A DNA stretch of 64,000 nt from an uncultured Gammaproteobacteria bacterium (GCA_965231005.1 OZ246405.1:1159829-1223828); one strand, 5' to 3'; shown: positions 46,510 to 56,232, counted from the stretch's first letter. The notes: a model not told the origin generated them from the letters alone. A program made the numbers and translations.

Positions 46510-47343
46510 ATGATTGCTCTACGCCACCTCATACAACTCGGTTTATCCGAAAAAGAAGCACAACTATATATTGCTGCGCTCCAGCTTGGTTCAGGGACAG
46601 TCCAGGAAATCGCAAAAAAAGCTAATATCAAGCGCCCTACTGCATATGTTGTGTTGGATCAATTAATCGAAAAAGGGCTTATATCAAGAAAGCCCTCTAA
46701 TGGAGGTACATCTTATATTGCTGAAAATCCTGAGAAACTAGAAGTACTTGTAGATCAGCAAAAGTTTGCACTTTCACATGCCCTTCCCCTTTTAAAAGAC
46801 CTCCACAAAGAAGAGATCAATCGTCCTAGTGTTAAAATATATGAAGGGGTAGAAGGAATGAAAAAAATTTATTTTGATACAGTCTGGAAAAGTAAAACAG
46901 AAATCTTATACTTTGCGTCAATTCGAAAAATAAATAAATTATATCCAGGTCTACTAGACCAATGGGTAAAAGACTTTAATACAGAAAACAGCTTCCAAGC
47001 AAAAGCCAGAGAGCTTATTAATCCTGACAAAGAAGACCTTGCATATGGAGTCAATTTCTCAATGTCTGATAAAAGCAGACAAACACGCGTTATTCCAAAA
47101 GATTTTCCCATGCAATTTATTGGAACAGATAACGCAATTTTTGATGACAAAGTTATGTTTGTTTCTTTAGAAGGAAAATTGTTTACAACTCTTATTAAAA
47201 ATAAGGTACTTGCTGATACTATGCGTACGCTCTACGAGCTTGCATGGAGTGCTTCTATACCAATTGAAAAATTTATTGAAAAACATAAAGATGAATATCC
47301 AGATCTTTATAAAAAATTACAAAAAAATAAAAAAACCTCCTAA
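46510..47343 (+). CDS. TrmB-family HTH transcriptional regulator.
   Basis: N-terminal HTH LSEKEAQLYIAALQLGSGTVQEIAKKANIKRPTAYVVLDQLIEKGLISR. 277 aa. Divergent from the ABC operon. Confidence 0.75.
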   Translation: MIALRHLIQLGLSEKEAQLYIAALQLGSGTVQEIAKKANIKRPTAYVVLDQLIEKGLISRKPSNGGTSYIAENPEKLEVLVDQQKFALSHALPLLKDLHKEEINRPSVKIYEGVEGMKKIYFDTVWKSKTEILYFASIRKINKLYPGLLDQWVKDFNTENSFQAKARELINPDKEDLAYGVNFSMSDKSRQTRVIPKDFPMQFIGTDNAIFDDKVMFVSLEGKLFTTLIKNKVLADTMRTLYELAWSASIPIEKFIEKHKDEYPDLYKKLQKNKKTS

Positions 47344-47363
47344 CAGAGGTTTTTAAAATTTAT

Positions 47364-48173
47364 TTATTTCTCACTCGGCCTTTTTGTAGCAATCACTGGA
47401 CCACCTGATGTAATAATAATTGTATGTTCAAAATGTGCACTAAGACTACTATCACTCGTTACAACACTCCATCCATCTTCTGCGGTTTCAACCGCTGCAG
47501 AACCGATTGTTATCATTGGTTCAAGTGCAAGAACAACCCCCTCTTTTAGCTCCCACTGCTCCATTTCCTTTGAGTAATAATTTGGCACATGTGGTTCTTC
47601 GTGGACATCATGACCAACACCATGACCAACTAAATCCTTTACAATTCCATACCCTTGTGGCGCAACGTATTCCTCTACAGCCTTTCCAATATCTGCAATA
47701 GTATTCCCAACCTGACATTGCTCAATAGCTAATGCGAGCGCCTTTTTTGTTACTGATAATAATTGCGTTGTTTTTTCTGGAACAGTCCCTACAGCAACAG
47801 TAAGTGCTGTATCTGTAAAAAATCCATTACCACCCTTTCCTTCTCCACTGTTTGCAGGCCATTGCATACCAATGTCGATACTAAAAATATCCCCGTCTTG
47901 TAAGACACGTTCTTCAGATGGAATACCATGCACAACTTCTTCATTGACGCTTGCACATATTGTAGATGGAAATGGTGTATGATTTGGAATTTTATAATTT
48001 TTAAAAGCTGGGATACCACCAACTTCTCTGATGAGCTCTTCGGCCTTCTTATCGAGATCTTTCATCAATACACCCGGAGCCGCCATGGCTGCGACAGTAT
48101 CTAAAATCTCTCCAATCAATTTACCGCCCTTTTTAATAAGTTTAATTTCTTCTTTGGACTTGGTATATCCCAT
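47364..48173 (-). CDS. map: Methionine aminopeptidase type I.
   Basis: HGIPSEERVLQDGDIFSIDIG and metal-binding residues. Its position after adk at the end of the ribosomal protein cluster fits. Confidence 0.92.
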   Translation of the reverse strand: MGYTKSKEEIKLIKKGGKLIGEILDTVAAMAAPGVLMKDLDKKAEELIREVGGIPAFKNYKIPNHTPFPSTICASVNEEVVHGIPSEERVLQDGDIFSIDIGMQWPANSGEGKGGNGFFTDTALTVAVGTVPEKTTQLLSVTKKALALAIEQCQVGNTIADIGKAVEEYVAPQGYGIVKDLVGHGVGHDVHEEPHVPNYYSKEMEQWELKEGVVLALEPMITIGSAAVETAEDGWSVVTSDSSLSAHFEHTIIITSGGPVIATKRPSEK

Positions 48174-48254
48174 AATATAATAAAAGTAATATTTACACGT
48201 ATATTCAGTCTAGCAATACAAAAACAAAAAATCAAGAGAGCGCTTCTCTTGACT

Positions 48255-48917
48255 TTATTGCTCTAAAATAGCCACAAACTGTTTATCAACATCTGGAATA
48301 GATAGTGATGCATCTACAGACACAAGGACACCAATTTCCTTGTAATAATCAACGATTGGGGCAAGTGCTGTATTTCCTTGTTCTTTAATTCTCTGTGTAA
48401 TAATTTCTGGTGTATCATCAGATCGAGCAACAAGCTTTCCACTACACTTTTCACAAAGCACTTTTTTGTCATTTTCAAGAGAATACGGAATAATATGACC
48501 ACACGAATCACATTGTTTTCTTTTGGTCAATCTTTTAAAACTCATATCATCATCCAATTTCATTTCAACAGCTACAACTTCTGATTCTAGTCCCTTACTC
48601 ACGAAAAAATCCTGATATGCTTTTGCTTGTTCAACAGTTCGGATAGCGCCGTCGAGTACAACACCATCACCTTGCTCTAAAAATTTTTCAATTTCTTCAA
48701 ACGCAAGTCTATAAATAACTTCTGACTTTACAAGTCTTCCTGCCTTTACATCTTCAAGAGCATTTGCAAGTTCATCATCTAGATTTCCTCTCTTAAAAAG
48801 AGCACGCAGCAAATCACCAGTCGAAATATGGCCGTAATTATATCTATCAATTAGTAGTCTAGCTTGTGTCCCTTTTCCACTTCCTGGAATCCCAAGCAAA
48901 ATAATAATTTTTTTCAT
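48255..48917 (-). CDS. adk: Adenylate kinase (long, zinc-binding lid).
   Basis: P-loop IILLGIPGSGKGTQA. Lid cysteines CDSCGH...CEKCSG. Confidence 0.93.
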   Translation of the reverse strand: MKKIIILLGIPGSGKGTQARLLIDRYNYGHISTGDLLRALFKRGNLDDELANALEDVKAGRLVKSEVIYRLAFEEIEKFLEQGDGVVLDGAIRTVEQAKAYQDFFVSKGLESEVVAVEMKLDDDMSFKRLTKRKQCDSCGHIIPYSLENDKKVLCEKCSGKLVARSDDTPEIITQRIKEQGNTALAPIVDYYKEIGVLVSVDASLSIPDVDKQFVAILEQ

Positions 48918-48939
48918 AAAGCTGAACTTGTATAAAATA

Positions 48940-49248
48940 CTAACTATTTTTTTTATAATATTCTACAAATACCTTCATTAACCCTTTTCTATCAAATTCA
49001 CTAATCTTGTTTTTATTCTGTAATGTTTGTAATACCTCATCAATTTGATGAAGAGAAATTTTCCCATCTCCCCTTCTTCTTTTAATAATTTCTTCTTCAA
49101 CAAGACGTTCTTCTGACGTATCAAGCGTTCTTACCTTGATGCGAGAAACAAGAACACGAATCCTATCTGCAGATAGTTGTCGTTCTTGGTTTGAATACTG
49201 TCTTGCTGAGCTAAAAAGACTTGAAAAAAATCCCATAAAACACATCAA
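48940..49248 (-). CDS. Hypothetical small protein inserted between secY and adk.
   Basis: 102-aa ORF with a charged helical C-terminal half. Confidence 0.3.
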   Translation of the reverse strand: MMCFMGFFSSLFSSARQYSNQERQLSADRIRVLVSRIKVRTLDTSEERLVEEEIIKRRRGDGKISLHQIDEVLQTLQNKNKISEFDRKGLMKVFVEYYKKNS

Positions 49249-49353
49249 TTTTGATGGATCCTAACTATACCAGAGCAAGCTGCTTTTTGCAAGAATCAAA
49301 AAACCCCTACCAAGGGGAAATGACCAAAGGCCAATTATCAAGAATACAAAAAA

Positions 49354-50622
49354 TTAGACTTTATCGTATTCGTGCATCATGATTTGTGATTCGATTTGTT
49401 TTGCAATTTCAATAGCAACACTCACAATAATCAACATACTCATACCACCAATAGCAAGTGATTGAATACCTGTCATTGCTTGAACAACAACTGGCATAAC
49501 AGCTATTGCACTCAAGAAAAGAGCACCTGTTAGAAGAAGACGACTCATAATCTTTGCCAAATATTCTTCTGTTTGCTTTCCAGGACGGATACCTGGGATA
49601 AAACCACCTTGTCGTTGCAAGTTTTCAGCAATCTTATCTGGTTTAAAAATAACTGCAGTATAAAAATAGGTAAAACCAAATACAAGAAGGAAGTAAATTG
49701 CACCGTAAATTGCTTGATTGTTAAATGCATCAATAATAAACTTTGATGCTGTACCTAGAAAGCCAGTCTTGTGGATGAAGAATTGAGCTACCATAGGAGG
49801 AAACAATACCAAAGAGATGGCAAAGATGATAGGAATAACACCTGCCATATTCACACGAAGTGGAAGATGTGACTGTGCACCACCAAAATTTCCTCGTCCA
49901 CGCTGTTTTGCATAACTAATAGGAATATTTCTCTGTCCTTCAGTAATAAATACAACGCCGACAATTGTGATAACAGCTACAACGAGGAAAAGAATGTATG
50001 TATATAAATCTGAAGGATTGTAGTTTACAACCAAATTCTGAACAGTGTTTGGAATTGCCGCAACAATCGCTGCAAAAATCAATAATGAAATACCATTTCC
50101 AATATTCTTTTCTGTAATCAATTCACCAATCCACATGAGGAATACTGTTCCTGCAGTCACAGTCAAAAGCATGAATGCAAACCGTGTACTTGAGATACTT
50201 CCAATAATATTTGCTTGTGATTGACTTAACAATTTAATCAACCCAAACCCTTGCAAGAGTGCCAAAGGAATCGTTGCAAGTCGAGTATACATGTTGATCT
50301 TTTGTTGTCCTGACTCCCCTTCTTTTTGCAATTCTTCGAGTTGCGGAACAACCATGCCAAGCAATTGGAAAATAATTGATGATGTAATATATGGTGCAAC
50401 ACCAAGCATCACAAGAGAAAAGTTTTCAATCGTTCCACCAGAAAAGAGATTCAACAATCCAAGAATCTGATTTCCATTTAAAAACTGTCGTAGACTTTCA
50501 GTATCAACACCAGGAATTGGAACATGTGCTGCAAATCGGAATATAACAAGCATTGCAATCACAAAGAGTACGCGATTGCGTACATCTTTTATATTCCATA
50601 TTTTTTTGAATTTTTCAAACAT
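49354..50622 (-). CDS. secY: Preprotein translocase subunit SecY.
   Basis: 422 aa, 10 TM helices. Follows rplO. Confidence 0.93.
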   Translation of the reverse strand: MFEKFKKIWNIKDVRNRVLFVIAMLVIFRFAAHVPIPGVDTESLRQFLNGNQILGLLNLFSGGTIENFSLVMLGVAPYITSSIIFQLLGMVVPQLEELQKEGESGQQKINMYTRLATIPLALLQGFGLIKLLSQSQANIIGSISSTRFAFMLLTVTAGTVFLMWIGELITEKNIGNGISLLIFAAIVAAIPNTVQNLVVNYNPSDLYTYILFLVVAVITIVGVVFITEGQRNIPISYAKQRGRGNFGGAQSHLPLRVNMAGVIPIIFAISLVLFPPMVAQFFIHKTGFLGTASKFIIDAFNNQAIYGAIYFLLVFGFTYFYTAVIFKPDKIAENLQRQGGFIPGIRPGKQTEEYLAKIMSRLLLTGALFLSAIAVMPVVVQAMTGIQSLAIGGMSMLIIVSVAIEIAKQIESQIMMHEYDKV

Positions 50623-50627
50623 GTGTT

Positions 50628-51071
50628 CTAGAAGGTAATGCTTCCTCCAGCTCCCTCAATTATTTCTGTAGCTTTTTTTGAAGCAATACAATGTTGTACA
50701 TTAAGTGCATGTGAAAGTGTCCCTGTTGCAACAATCTTTACACCATCTTTTGCAGAAGAAATAACTCCTTTCATTTCAAGCCAGTGGGGCGTTACAACAT
50801 CGTCTGCTTTTGTAATTTTTGCAAGTGTACTAATTGTAACAGTTTGTTTTGGTTTCTTCAAACTCTTAAACCCACGAATCTTTGGTACTTTTTGCAATGA
50901 CTGCTTAAAACCACGCAACTTAGTTCCACCTTTTCCACCAGAACGAGACCGTTGTCCTTTAAGACCACGACCGGCATAAGTTCCTTTTCCTGTTGCGTTT
51001 CCACGACCAACACGCTTCTTCTTTCTTCGAGAACCTTTTGTTGCTTTAATTGTTTGTGGAGTAATAGCCAT
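50628..51071 (-). CDS. rplO: 50S ribosomal protein L15.
   Basis: GSRRKKKRVGRGNATGKGTYAGRG. Confidence 0.93.
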   Translation of the reverse strand: MAITPQTIKATKGSRRKKKRVGRGNATGKGTYAGRGLKGQRSRSGGKGGTKLRGFKQSLQKVPKIRGFKSLKKPKQTVTISTLAKITKADDVVTPHWLEMKGVISSAKDGVKIVATGTLSHALNVQHCIASKKATEIIEGAGGSITF

Positions 51072-51094
51072 ATTCAGTATTTATATAGTATCTA

Positions 51095-51691
51095 TTATTT
51101 AGCGTCTTCTTTTTTCCCTTTTTCCTTAGCAACCTTTTTAGGTTTTTCAACTTTTTCTACCTTTTTCTTTGCAGCAGCTTTTTCTACACTTTTTTTACTT
51201 TTTTCTAACGCTTCTGGCTTAAAAGAAGTAAGTGCCTTAAATACTGCTTTTACATTTGTAACTTTGTTATTTGTCTTTCCAAGCATCTTAGAACTTGCAT
51301 TTGGTACACCAGCAAGTTCAAGAATAACACGAATTGCACTTCCTGCAATAATACCTGACCCTCGCGGTGCTGGTTTTAACATAACCTTTCCTGCTTTGTA
51401 TTTTGCTTCAATTCTATGTGGAAGTGTGTCATTCACAATAGGAACTCGAATCATGTTCTTTTTTGCTTGATTTACAGCCTTTTGAACTGCAATTTGAACA
51501 TCTTTTCCTTTTTGTACACCATATCCTACTCTTCCTTTTCTATCTCCAATCAAAATACACACACGAAAACTCATCTGTTTACCACCCTTTGTCACACGTG
51601 TTACACGAGCAAGGTCAACAATATGCTGGTCAAATTCCGGCTTTTCTTTTTTCTTAAATTTACCTCGTCCTTTACGTTTATCTTGTGCCAT
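51095..51691 (-). CDS. rpsE: 30S ribosomal protein S5 with a Lys-rich C-terminal extension. The start is taken at the ATG just after the L18 stop.
   Basis: RVTRVTKGGKQMSFRVCILIGDRKGRVGYG. The longest ORF would overlap rplR by 85 nt. Confidence 0.9.
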   Translation of the reverse strand: MAQDKRKGRGKFKKKEKPEFDQHIVDLARVTRVTKGGKQMSFRVCILIGDRKGRVGYGVQKGKDVQIAVQKAVNQAKKNMIRVPIVNDTLPHRIEAKYKAGKVMLKPAPRGSGIIAGSAIRVILELAGVPNASSKMLGKTNNKVTNVKAVFKALTSFKPEALEKSKKSVEKAAAKKKVEKVEKPKKVAKEKGKKEDAK

Positions 51692-51697
51692 ATACTG

Positions 51698-51727
51698 GTT
51701 AATTGGTTGATTGGTTAATTGGTTAAA
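51698..51727. repeat. Tandem octamer GGTTAATT (AATTAACC on the coding strand), 3.75 copies, forming the L18-S5 spacer.
   Basis: ggttaatt ggttgatt ggttaatt ggttaa. Confidence 0.85.
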
Positions 51728-52097
51728 ATGTAAGACCTCCGTCGCGAGCACCTTCTGCGACTGCCTGGATTCTTCCATGATATTGTTGTCCACCACGATC
51801 AAATACAATCGAATCTATTTTTAATGCTTTTGCTTTTTCTGCTAGTGCAAGACCAAGAAGATAACTTGCTGCAATCTTTCCTTTTCTTTCTCCAGCATCA
51901 CCTTTGGCAGCATCCTTTTTACTGTTAACACTTACCAATGTTTTTCCTTCGTCATCATTAATGAGTTGCAAAAACATACCACGAAGTGATCGAGAAACAT
52001 TCAATCGTGGACGATCTGCTGTACCTTGAATAGAAGAACGAACACGAGCATGTCTTCGTCTTCTCATTTGTAATCGTGTTGTGAGTCTTTTTTTCAT
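51723..52097 (-). CDS. rplR: 50S ribosomal protein L18.
   Basis: 124-aa ORF with the L18 pattern ...SVNSKKDAAKG.... Operon position between L6 and S5. Confidence 0.9.
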   Translation of the reverse strand: MKKRLTTRLQMRRRRHARVRSSIQGTADRPRLNVSRSLRGMFLQLINDDEGKTLVSVNSKKDAAKGDAGERKGKIAASYLLGLALAEKAKALKIDSIVFDRGGQQYHGRIQAVAEGARDGGLTF

Positions 52098-52109
52098 ATT
52101 ATTATAAAA

Positions 52110-52655
52110 CTATGCTGCTGCCTTTGCTGCTTTACCAGCTTTACGTCGAACAACCTCATCAATATATTTAATTCCTTTTCCTTTATACGGTTCAGGTTTT
52201 TTGATTGCTCGAATTTCTGCTGCAACATGACCAACCAATTCTTTATCAATTCCTTCTACAGTAATAATATTCTTTTCTGTTGATGCTTTTATTCCTTCTG
52301 GAACTTTATAAATAACAGGATGAGAAAAACCTACTTCAATCTTCAAATCAGTTCCTTGCATTCCTACTCTGTATCCAACACCATTGATTTCAAGTTGTTT
52401 TTTGAATCCTTCTGTAACACCAACAACCATGTTTTTTACATGTGATCCAAATGTACCCCACAATGCACGTTCTTTTTTATCTTCTTTATTTGCAACATCT
52501 ACAGTCATTGTGCTTTCTTCAATCTTTACTTGAACAAGTTTATGAATAGAACGTTCCAATGTTCCTTTTGGTCCTTGTACTGTAAGAACACCGTTATCTA
52601 TCTTTGCAGTAACGCCTTGTGGAATTTCTATGATTTGTTTTCCGACTCTAGACAT
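52110..52655 (-). CDS. rplF: 50S ribosomal protein L6.
   Basis: MSRVGKQIIEIPQGVTAKIDNGVLTVQGPKG. Confidence 0.93.
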   Translation of the reverse strand: MSRVGKQIIEIPQGVTAKIDNGVLTVQGPKGTLERSIHKLVQVKIEESTMTVDVANKEDKKERALWGTFGSHVKNMVVGVTEGFKKQLEINGVGYRVGMQGTDLKIEVGFSHPVIYKVPEGIKASTEKNIITVEGIDKELVGHVAAEIRAIKKPEPYKGKGIKYIDEVVRRKAGKAAKAAA

Positions 52656-52661
52656 ATATAT

Positions 52662-53048
52662 TTAGTACACTGAACAAATAACTTCTCCACCAACACCTTG
52701 CTCTTTTGCCTCTTTGTTGGTCATAAGTCCTTTTGATGTTGATACGATTGCAATACCAAATCCGTTCAAAACCTTTGGGAGTTCTTCTACCTTTCGGTAT
52801 ACTCTGTGACCTGGTTTACTTTCTCTTACAATAGACTGAATCGCAGGACGTCTTCCATTATATTTCAATTCTAACTCCAACAATGCTGGCATGCCTTCTA
52901 CTTCTTTAATATTTCCAATATAACCCTCTTTATTCAAAATGCCGGCAATTGAACGCTTCACTTTTGAAGCAGGAACCAACACACATTGTTTGTGTGCACG
53001 TTGGGCATTCCGAATGCGGGTTAACATGTCTGCAATTGGATCTGTCAT
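52662..53048 (-). CDS. rpsH: 30S ribosomal protein S8.
   Basis: MTDPIADMLTRIRNAQRA. Confidence 0.93.
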   Translation of the reverse strand: MTDPIADMLTRIRNAQRAHKQCVLVPASKVKRSIAGILNKEGYIGNIKEVEGMPALLELELKYNGRRPAIQSIVRESKPGHRVYRKVEELPKVLNGFGIAIVSTSKGLMTNKEAKEQGVGGEVICSVY

Positions 53049-53092
53049 AACGTTGTTTAGTCTATTACTTGGTTAACTGGATTAATAAATGA

Positions 53093-53278
53093 TTACCAAC
53101 TTGATTTTCGAACTCCTGGCAATCGTCCTTGATTTGCGAGTTCTCTGAAACAAATACGGCACAAACCAAATTTTCTCATATATCCACGCTTTCTTCCACA
53201 CTTCCAACATCGATTGCTCACGCGTGTGCTGAACTTTGGTTTTTTATTTCCTTTTGCGATTTGTGCTTTTGTTGCCAT
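53093..53278 (-). CDS. rpsZ: 30S ribosomal protein S14 (zinc-binding type Z).
   Basis: 61 aa. [23 protein letters not shown]. Confidence 0.93.
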   Translation of the reverse strand: MATKAQIAKGNKKPKFSTRVSNRCWKCGRKRGYMRKFGLCRICFRELANQGRLPGVRKSSW

Positions 53279-53302
53279 AATGAATAATCTTAATCCTTGA
53301 AC

Positions 53303-53848
53303 TTATTTCTTTTTAAATGGAAAACCTAACTTACTAAGCAAAGCAAATCCTTCTTCCTGTGTGTTTGCTGTTGTGTTAATAACCACTTCTAAACCATGAA
53401 TTTTTTCCACTGATTCTGCCTTTACTTCTGGGAATGAAATACTTTCTTTAATTCCCAATGTGTAATTTCCTTGTCTATCAAATGCTTTTGGATTTAATCC
53501 TCTAAAATCACGAATACGTGGGATAGCAATACTAATCAATTTGTAAAGAAAATCATACATCTGTGGTCCACGCAATGTAACAGAAGCACCAATTGGCATA
53601 CCTTCACGAATCTTAAAGTTAGAAATTGATTTCTTTGCTTTGTTGTGAACTGGCTTTTGCCCTGTAATTAATGTAAGTGTGTTATCTACATTTTCAATAT
53701 ATGCTTTGTCTTTATTATGACGACCATACCCAACATTAACAACGATCTTTTGAACCTTTGGAATTTCCATGACATTTTTCTTTCCTAACTCTTCCTTCAA
53801 AGCAGGAACGATGTCTTTTTTATATGTTGTGTATAATTTACTTTCCAT
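53303..53848 (-). CDS. rplE: 50S ribosomal protein L5.
   Basis: IPKVQKIVVNVGYG. 181 aa. Confidence 0.93.
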   Translation of the reverse strand: MESKLYTTYKKDIVPALKEELGKKNVMEIPKVQKIVVNVGYGRHNKDKAYIENVDNTLTLITGQKPVHNKAKKSISNFKIREGMPIGASVTLRGPQMYDFLYKLISIAIPRIRDFRGLNPKAFDRQGNYTLGIKESISFPEVKAESVEKIHGLEVVINTTANTQEEGFALLSKLGFPFKKK

Positions 53849-53853
53849 ATTGA

Positions 53854-54171
53854 TTAGTCAATATACTCGTTACTTTTTTTTGAAATACGTTTTTTATCTG
53901 ATCCTTCTTGTTTAAATCCAACACGGGTTGGCTTATTTGATGCTGGATCAATAAGCATCACATTACTAATATCCATAGGTGCTGGCAACTCGATAATTTG
54001 TCCTTGTTGCCCGCGTTGCTTTCGAATATGTTTCTTCAAAAGATTCAATTTCTCAACAACCACAGATACTTTTCGTGTTTTCTTATCTTTCAACACTTGA
54101 AGAACCTTTCCAGTTTTTCCACTGTCCTTTCCTGTGAGAACTTTTACATTGTCGCCTACTTTAATCTTCAT
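53854..54171 (-). CDS. rplX: 50S ribosomal protein L24.
   Basis: MKIKVGDNVKVLTGKDSGKTGKVLQV (KOW motif). Confidence 0.93.
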   Translation of the reverse strand: MKIKVGDNVKVLTGKDSGKTGKVLQVLKDKKTRKVSVVVEKLNLLKKHIRKQRGQQGQIIELPAPMDISNVMLIDPASNKPTRVGFKQEGSDKKRISKKSNEYID

Positions 54172-54173
54172 AT

Positions 54174-54545
54174 TTATAATACTTCTGGTGCTAATGACAC
54201 AATCTTTTGAAAACCATTTGTACGCACTTCACGAGCAATCGGTCCAAAAATACGTGTTCCTTTTGGTTCTTTTGTTTTTCTATCAACAACTACTGCTGCA
54301 TTTTCATCAAAACGAACATATGTTCCATCTTTTCTACGCATCTCTTTTCTTTGGCGAACAATAACAGCATGAACAACCTCACCTTTTTTCACTGCACTTC
54401 GTGGTTCAGCTTCTTTTACAGTACAAGTGATAATATCACCAATACGTGCAAACCGTTTTTTGTAACCACCAAGAACACGAATACACATAAGTTTCTTTGC
54501 TCCTGAATTGTCTGCTACTTTTAGCATTGATTGATGTTGAATCAT
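54174..54545 (-). CDS. rplN: 50S ribosomal protein L14.
   Basis: [27 protein letters not shown]. Confidence 0.95.
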   Translation of the reverse strand: MIQHQSMLKVADNSGAKKLMCIRVLGGYKKRFARIGDIITCTVKEAEPRSAVKKGEVVHAVIVRQRKEMRRKDGTYVRFDENAAVVVDRKTKEPKGTRIFGPIAREVRTNGFQKIVSLAPEVL

Positions 54546-54549
54546 ACTA

Positions 54550-54831
54550 TTATGCTTCGTGTTTAACTACTTTCACCAAACGCCATCGTTTTGTTTTACT
54601 CATTGGACGACATTCTTGAAATATAACTGTATCACCAATATTTGCCTCATTCTTTTCATCATGCACAGCATATTTCTTGCTTGTAACATACTGCTTTCTG
54701 TATTTTGAATGCATCTTTGTAGTACGCACAACAACCTGAGCTGTCTTATCACCTTTTGCACTCTTAACCACGCCTTCAAACTGACGTTTCATAGAGCTCT
54801 TTGGTTGTGATGTTTTCTTCTGGTCTGTCAT
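54550..54831 (-). CDS. rpsQ: 30S ribosomal protein S17.
   Basis: [27 protein letters not shown]. Confidence 0.93.
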   Translation of the reverse strand: MTDQKKTSQPKSSMKRQFEGVVKSAKGDKTAQVVVRTTKMHSKYRKQYVTSKKYAVHDEKNEANIGDTVIFQECRPMSKTKRWRLVKVVKHEA

Positions 54832-54840
54832 ATCTTTTTA

Positions 54841-55065
54841 TTACGCAGCAGGAGCATCTTTGCTTTGCTGGTTTGAAATTGTAGCACTATTATTTAATGC
54901 AGTCAATATCTTTGCAATGTTCTTTTTTGCTTCACGAATTGATCGAACTTTCTTCAATTGACCTTCTGATGCATGGAAGCGTAAATCTCTAAGAATCTCA
55001 CGTTGTTCTGCAAGCATATCATGCAATTCTTTTTCTGTTTTTCTTGTAATGTCAGTGTAATCCAT
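54841..55065 (-). CDS. rpmC: 50S ribosomal protein L29. The start is taken at the internal ATG after the L16 stop.
   Basis: ELHDMLAEQREILRDLRFHASEGQLKKVRSIREAKKNIAKILT. The longer ORF to 55167 overlaps rplP. Confidence 0.85.
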   Translation of the reverse strand: MDYTDITRKTEKELHDMLAEQREILRDLRFHASEGQLKKVRSIREAKKNIAKILTALNNSATISNQQSKDAPAA

Positions 55066-55069
55066 ATAA

Positions 55070-55483
55070 TTATTTACGTTCAACAACCTTTGCTTGAACT
55101 GGTAATTTATGACGGGCAGCACTAAGTGCTTCTCTTGCCTTATCCTCAGGAATACCACCAATTTCAAACATAACTGTTCCTGGCTTTACTACTGTCATGT
55201 AGTATTCAGGAGCACCTTTTCCTTTTCCCATAGGAAGTTCAGAACCCTTTTTTGTAACTGGATGATCTGGGAATAAACGAATCCATACTTTCCCACCACG
55301 ACGCACATATCTTGTAAGCACACGACGTGTTGCCTCAATTTGGCGAGAATTTACCCATCCATGTTCCATTGCCTTTAGACCATGGCTACCAAAAGCAACC
55401 GTTGTCATACGTGTTGCAACACCCTTGTTCATGCGGCGACTTTTATGCCATTTTCTGTGTTTTACTTTTTTTGGTATTAACAT
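55070..55483 (-). CDS. rplP: 50S ribosomal protein L16.
   Basis: MLIPKKVKHRKWHKSRRMNKGVATR. Confidence 0.95.
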   Translation of the reverse strand: MLIPKKVKHRKWHKSRRMNKGVATRMTTVAFGSHGLKAMEHGWVNSRQIEATRRVLTRYVRRGGKVWIRLFPDHPVTKKGSELPMGKGKGAPEYYMTVVKPGTVMFEIGGIPEDKAREALSAARHKLPVQAKVVERK

Positions 55484-55488
55484 ACGTT

Positions 55489-56223
55489 TTATTCCTTAGG
55501 TTTGGAACGGTCCTTATTTCTATCATTTCGTCTTGGTGATCTTTTTTTGTCACCAGTTGCTTCTTGACTTTGGTCAAATCTATCTTTTCTTCCAAATACT
55601 TCTCCATTGTAAATCCAAACTTTGATTCCAATCACACCATAGACTGTATGTGCTTTTACAGTAGCGTAATCAATATCACTTCTAAGTGTAATCAAAGGAA
55701 TCTTCCCTGCTGACAATGTTTCTGTACGTGCAATTTCTGCACCATTCAATCTTCCTGCCATAGAAACTTTGATTCCCTTTGCTCCAGCTTTCATTGTTCG
55801 TTCAATTCCTTGTTTCATTACTCTTCTAAATGGAATACGTCTTTCAACTTCTGTTGCCATTGATTGGGCCATAACAGGTGCTGAAAGTGCTGGAGAACGA
55901 AGTTCAAGAACATTCAATTTTACTTTCAATGAAAACTTCAAAATTTTTCTTTCAATGTATTTTCTTACTTCGTCTAATCCTTTTCCACCTCTTCCGATAA
56001 TAAATCCTGGCTTTGCTGCTTGAATCTTAATTTCCATATTTTTAGGACCACGACCGATTGAAATAGCATCGATATGTGCATCTTTAAACTTACCAGAAAG
56101 ATATTCTCTGATTTTTACATCTTGCTGAGCAAACAATGCGTATTTCTTTTTTGAAAACCAACGAGAATGCCATGTGTAAATGACTTGCATTCGATGAGAT
56201 GTTGGATGTACTTTATGACCCAT
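55489..56223 (-). CDS. rpsC: 30S ribosomal protein S3 with a C-terminal basic extension.
   Basis: MGHKVHPTSHRMQVIYTWHSRWF. KH domain. Confidence 0.93.
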   Translation of the reverse strand: MGHKVHPTSHRMQVIYTWHSRWFSKKKYALFAQQDVKIREYLSGKFKDAHIDAISIGRGPKNMEIKIQAAKPGFIIGRGGKGLDEVRKYIERKILKFSLKVKLNVLELRSPALSAPVMAQSMATEVERRIPFRRVMKQGIERTMKAGAKGIKVSMAGRLNGAEIARTETLSAGKIPLITLRSDIDYATVKAHTVYGVIGIKVWIYNGEVFGRKDRFDQSQEATGDKKRSPRRNDRNKDRSKPKE

Positions 56224-56232
56224 AAAAATAAT

